Origin: Hamiltosporidium tvaerminnensis FI-OER-3-3
Lineage: Eukaryota > Fungi > Microsporidia
DNA: 64,000 nt
Assembly: GCA_022605425.2 (NCBI GenBank)
Contig: JAKIMF020000004.1
Coordinates: 558,001 to 622,000, forward strand
Direction of reading: 5' to 3'
Part shown: positions 63,163 to 64,000 of the stretch, piece after piece
How positions within the stretch are numbered: position 1 is the first letter of the stretch
How the letters are laid out: the number at the start of each line of letters is the position of its first letter
Position numbers and translations under genes: made by a program
Notes under the pieces: model-generated
Database searches by the model: none
The model's input: only the letters and a program-made list of their open reading frames with translations
What the model was told of the DNA's origin: nothing

Positions 63163-63250
63163 ATAGTAAATATTATTTTACAAAATATATTTTTTATGTG
63201 ATATTTTTTCAAAGAACATAAAAATATCAAAAAAAATTTGCATTAAAGAA

Positions 63251-64000
63251 ATGAAAGAAGAATTTAATTTGTTTGTAAAAAAAATAAATGAAAAAAAATC
63301 AAAACAACAGCCATTGATCAAGTATTTAAATGAATTAGAATTACTTTTAGATAAATTTGATGATACTGATAGATTCCAATTTCTGGCAATATTGTGTTTA
63401 GAATATTACAATGAACAAGATTTTGATAAATCTAAAATTTATTCTAAAAAAGCAGTAGCAGAACTACTAAGAATATTAAAGACCAAAGTTATGGAAAAAG
63501 AAGATATTTTATTTGCTGTAAACTATTTAGAAAAATGTGTTTTAGTAGAAATAAACATTGAAGAATACGAAACAGGTATATTTAAAAAACAAATATTTGA
63601 AGAGAAGAGTAAAAATGAATATTTTAAATATTTTCTAAACTATGGAACAGAAATTTTTAACTTTCTAATTTTAGAGTTTAAAAATTCTAAAGATTTTGAC
63701 TTTATTTTTTTTATGACTGATTTTCTCAATGAGAATAATATTAATCGATTAGAAATTTTCTTTGATTTATTATATTTACATTATAATGAAGATAAAATTG
63801 ATTTTTTAATACAAAAATTAGGGGAATTATTCGATAAAAACAAAATATTACGTGATCCAGTTCTAAAAACCAGCGTATTTCATGAAACACTTCTTATAAA
63901 TCTTGTAATTATTGATCAAAAAAATTTTCATTTATATTCTGAGATTCTAAGAAATATGCTAATATTTCGAAAGAATGATTTAAAAGATCTTTCTTATATT
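63251..64000 (+). CDS. Hypothetical helical protein, runs off the right edge (missing from the ORF track)
   Basis: 250 uninterrupted codons from the ATG at 63251 (MKEEFNLFVKKINEKKSKQQPLIKYLNELE...), which is unlikely by chance in DNA this AT-rich. Confidence 0.75.
   Translation, partial: MKEEFNLFVKKINEKKSKQQPLIKYLNELELLLDKFDDTDRFQFLAILCLEYYNEQDFDKSKIYSKKAVAELLRILKTKVMEKEDILFAVNYLEKCVLVEINIEEYETGIFKKQIFEEKSKNEYFKYFLNYGTEIFNFLILEFKNSKDFDFIFFMTDFLNENNINRLEIFFDLLYLHYNEDKIDFLIQKLGELFDKNKILRDPVLKTSVFHETLLINLVIIDQKNFHLYSEILRNMLIFRKNDLKDLSYI

Overview
This is very AT-rich, gene-sparse eukaryotic DNA that looks like a large-genome microsporidian; a Hamiltosporidium-like source is my inference. The signs are compact genes, a CCC motif just upstream of most start codons, and a 26-nt intron directly after the ATG of RPL37. 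Recognisable genes are SRP54 (partial), Med18, RPL37, an MRH/OS-9-like protein, REI1, a Bos1/membrin SNARE (frameshifted), ASH2, SPT3, SPO11, an ARID+Tudor protein (split by a poly-A run), a Rac/Cdc42-like GTPase, LRO1/PDAT and TFC4, plus several hypotheticals. Intergenic space holds decayed mobile DNA: RLE-type non-LTR retrotransposon remnants, a Tc1 element and short RTE-derived elements. The most notable item is a non-coding ~720-nt element present in seven apparently full-length copies. It has a fixed 5' end, an AATAAA-like 3' end, 13-16 bp target-site duplications at three copies, and many helices including a pseudoknot whose G-U pairs point to one strand. It looks like a structured-RNA retroposon that fits no SINE, LTR or MITE class I recognise. 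All protein and element assignments come from motif recognition by eye, with no database search.
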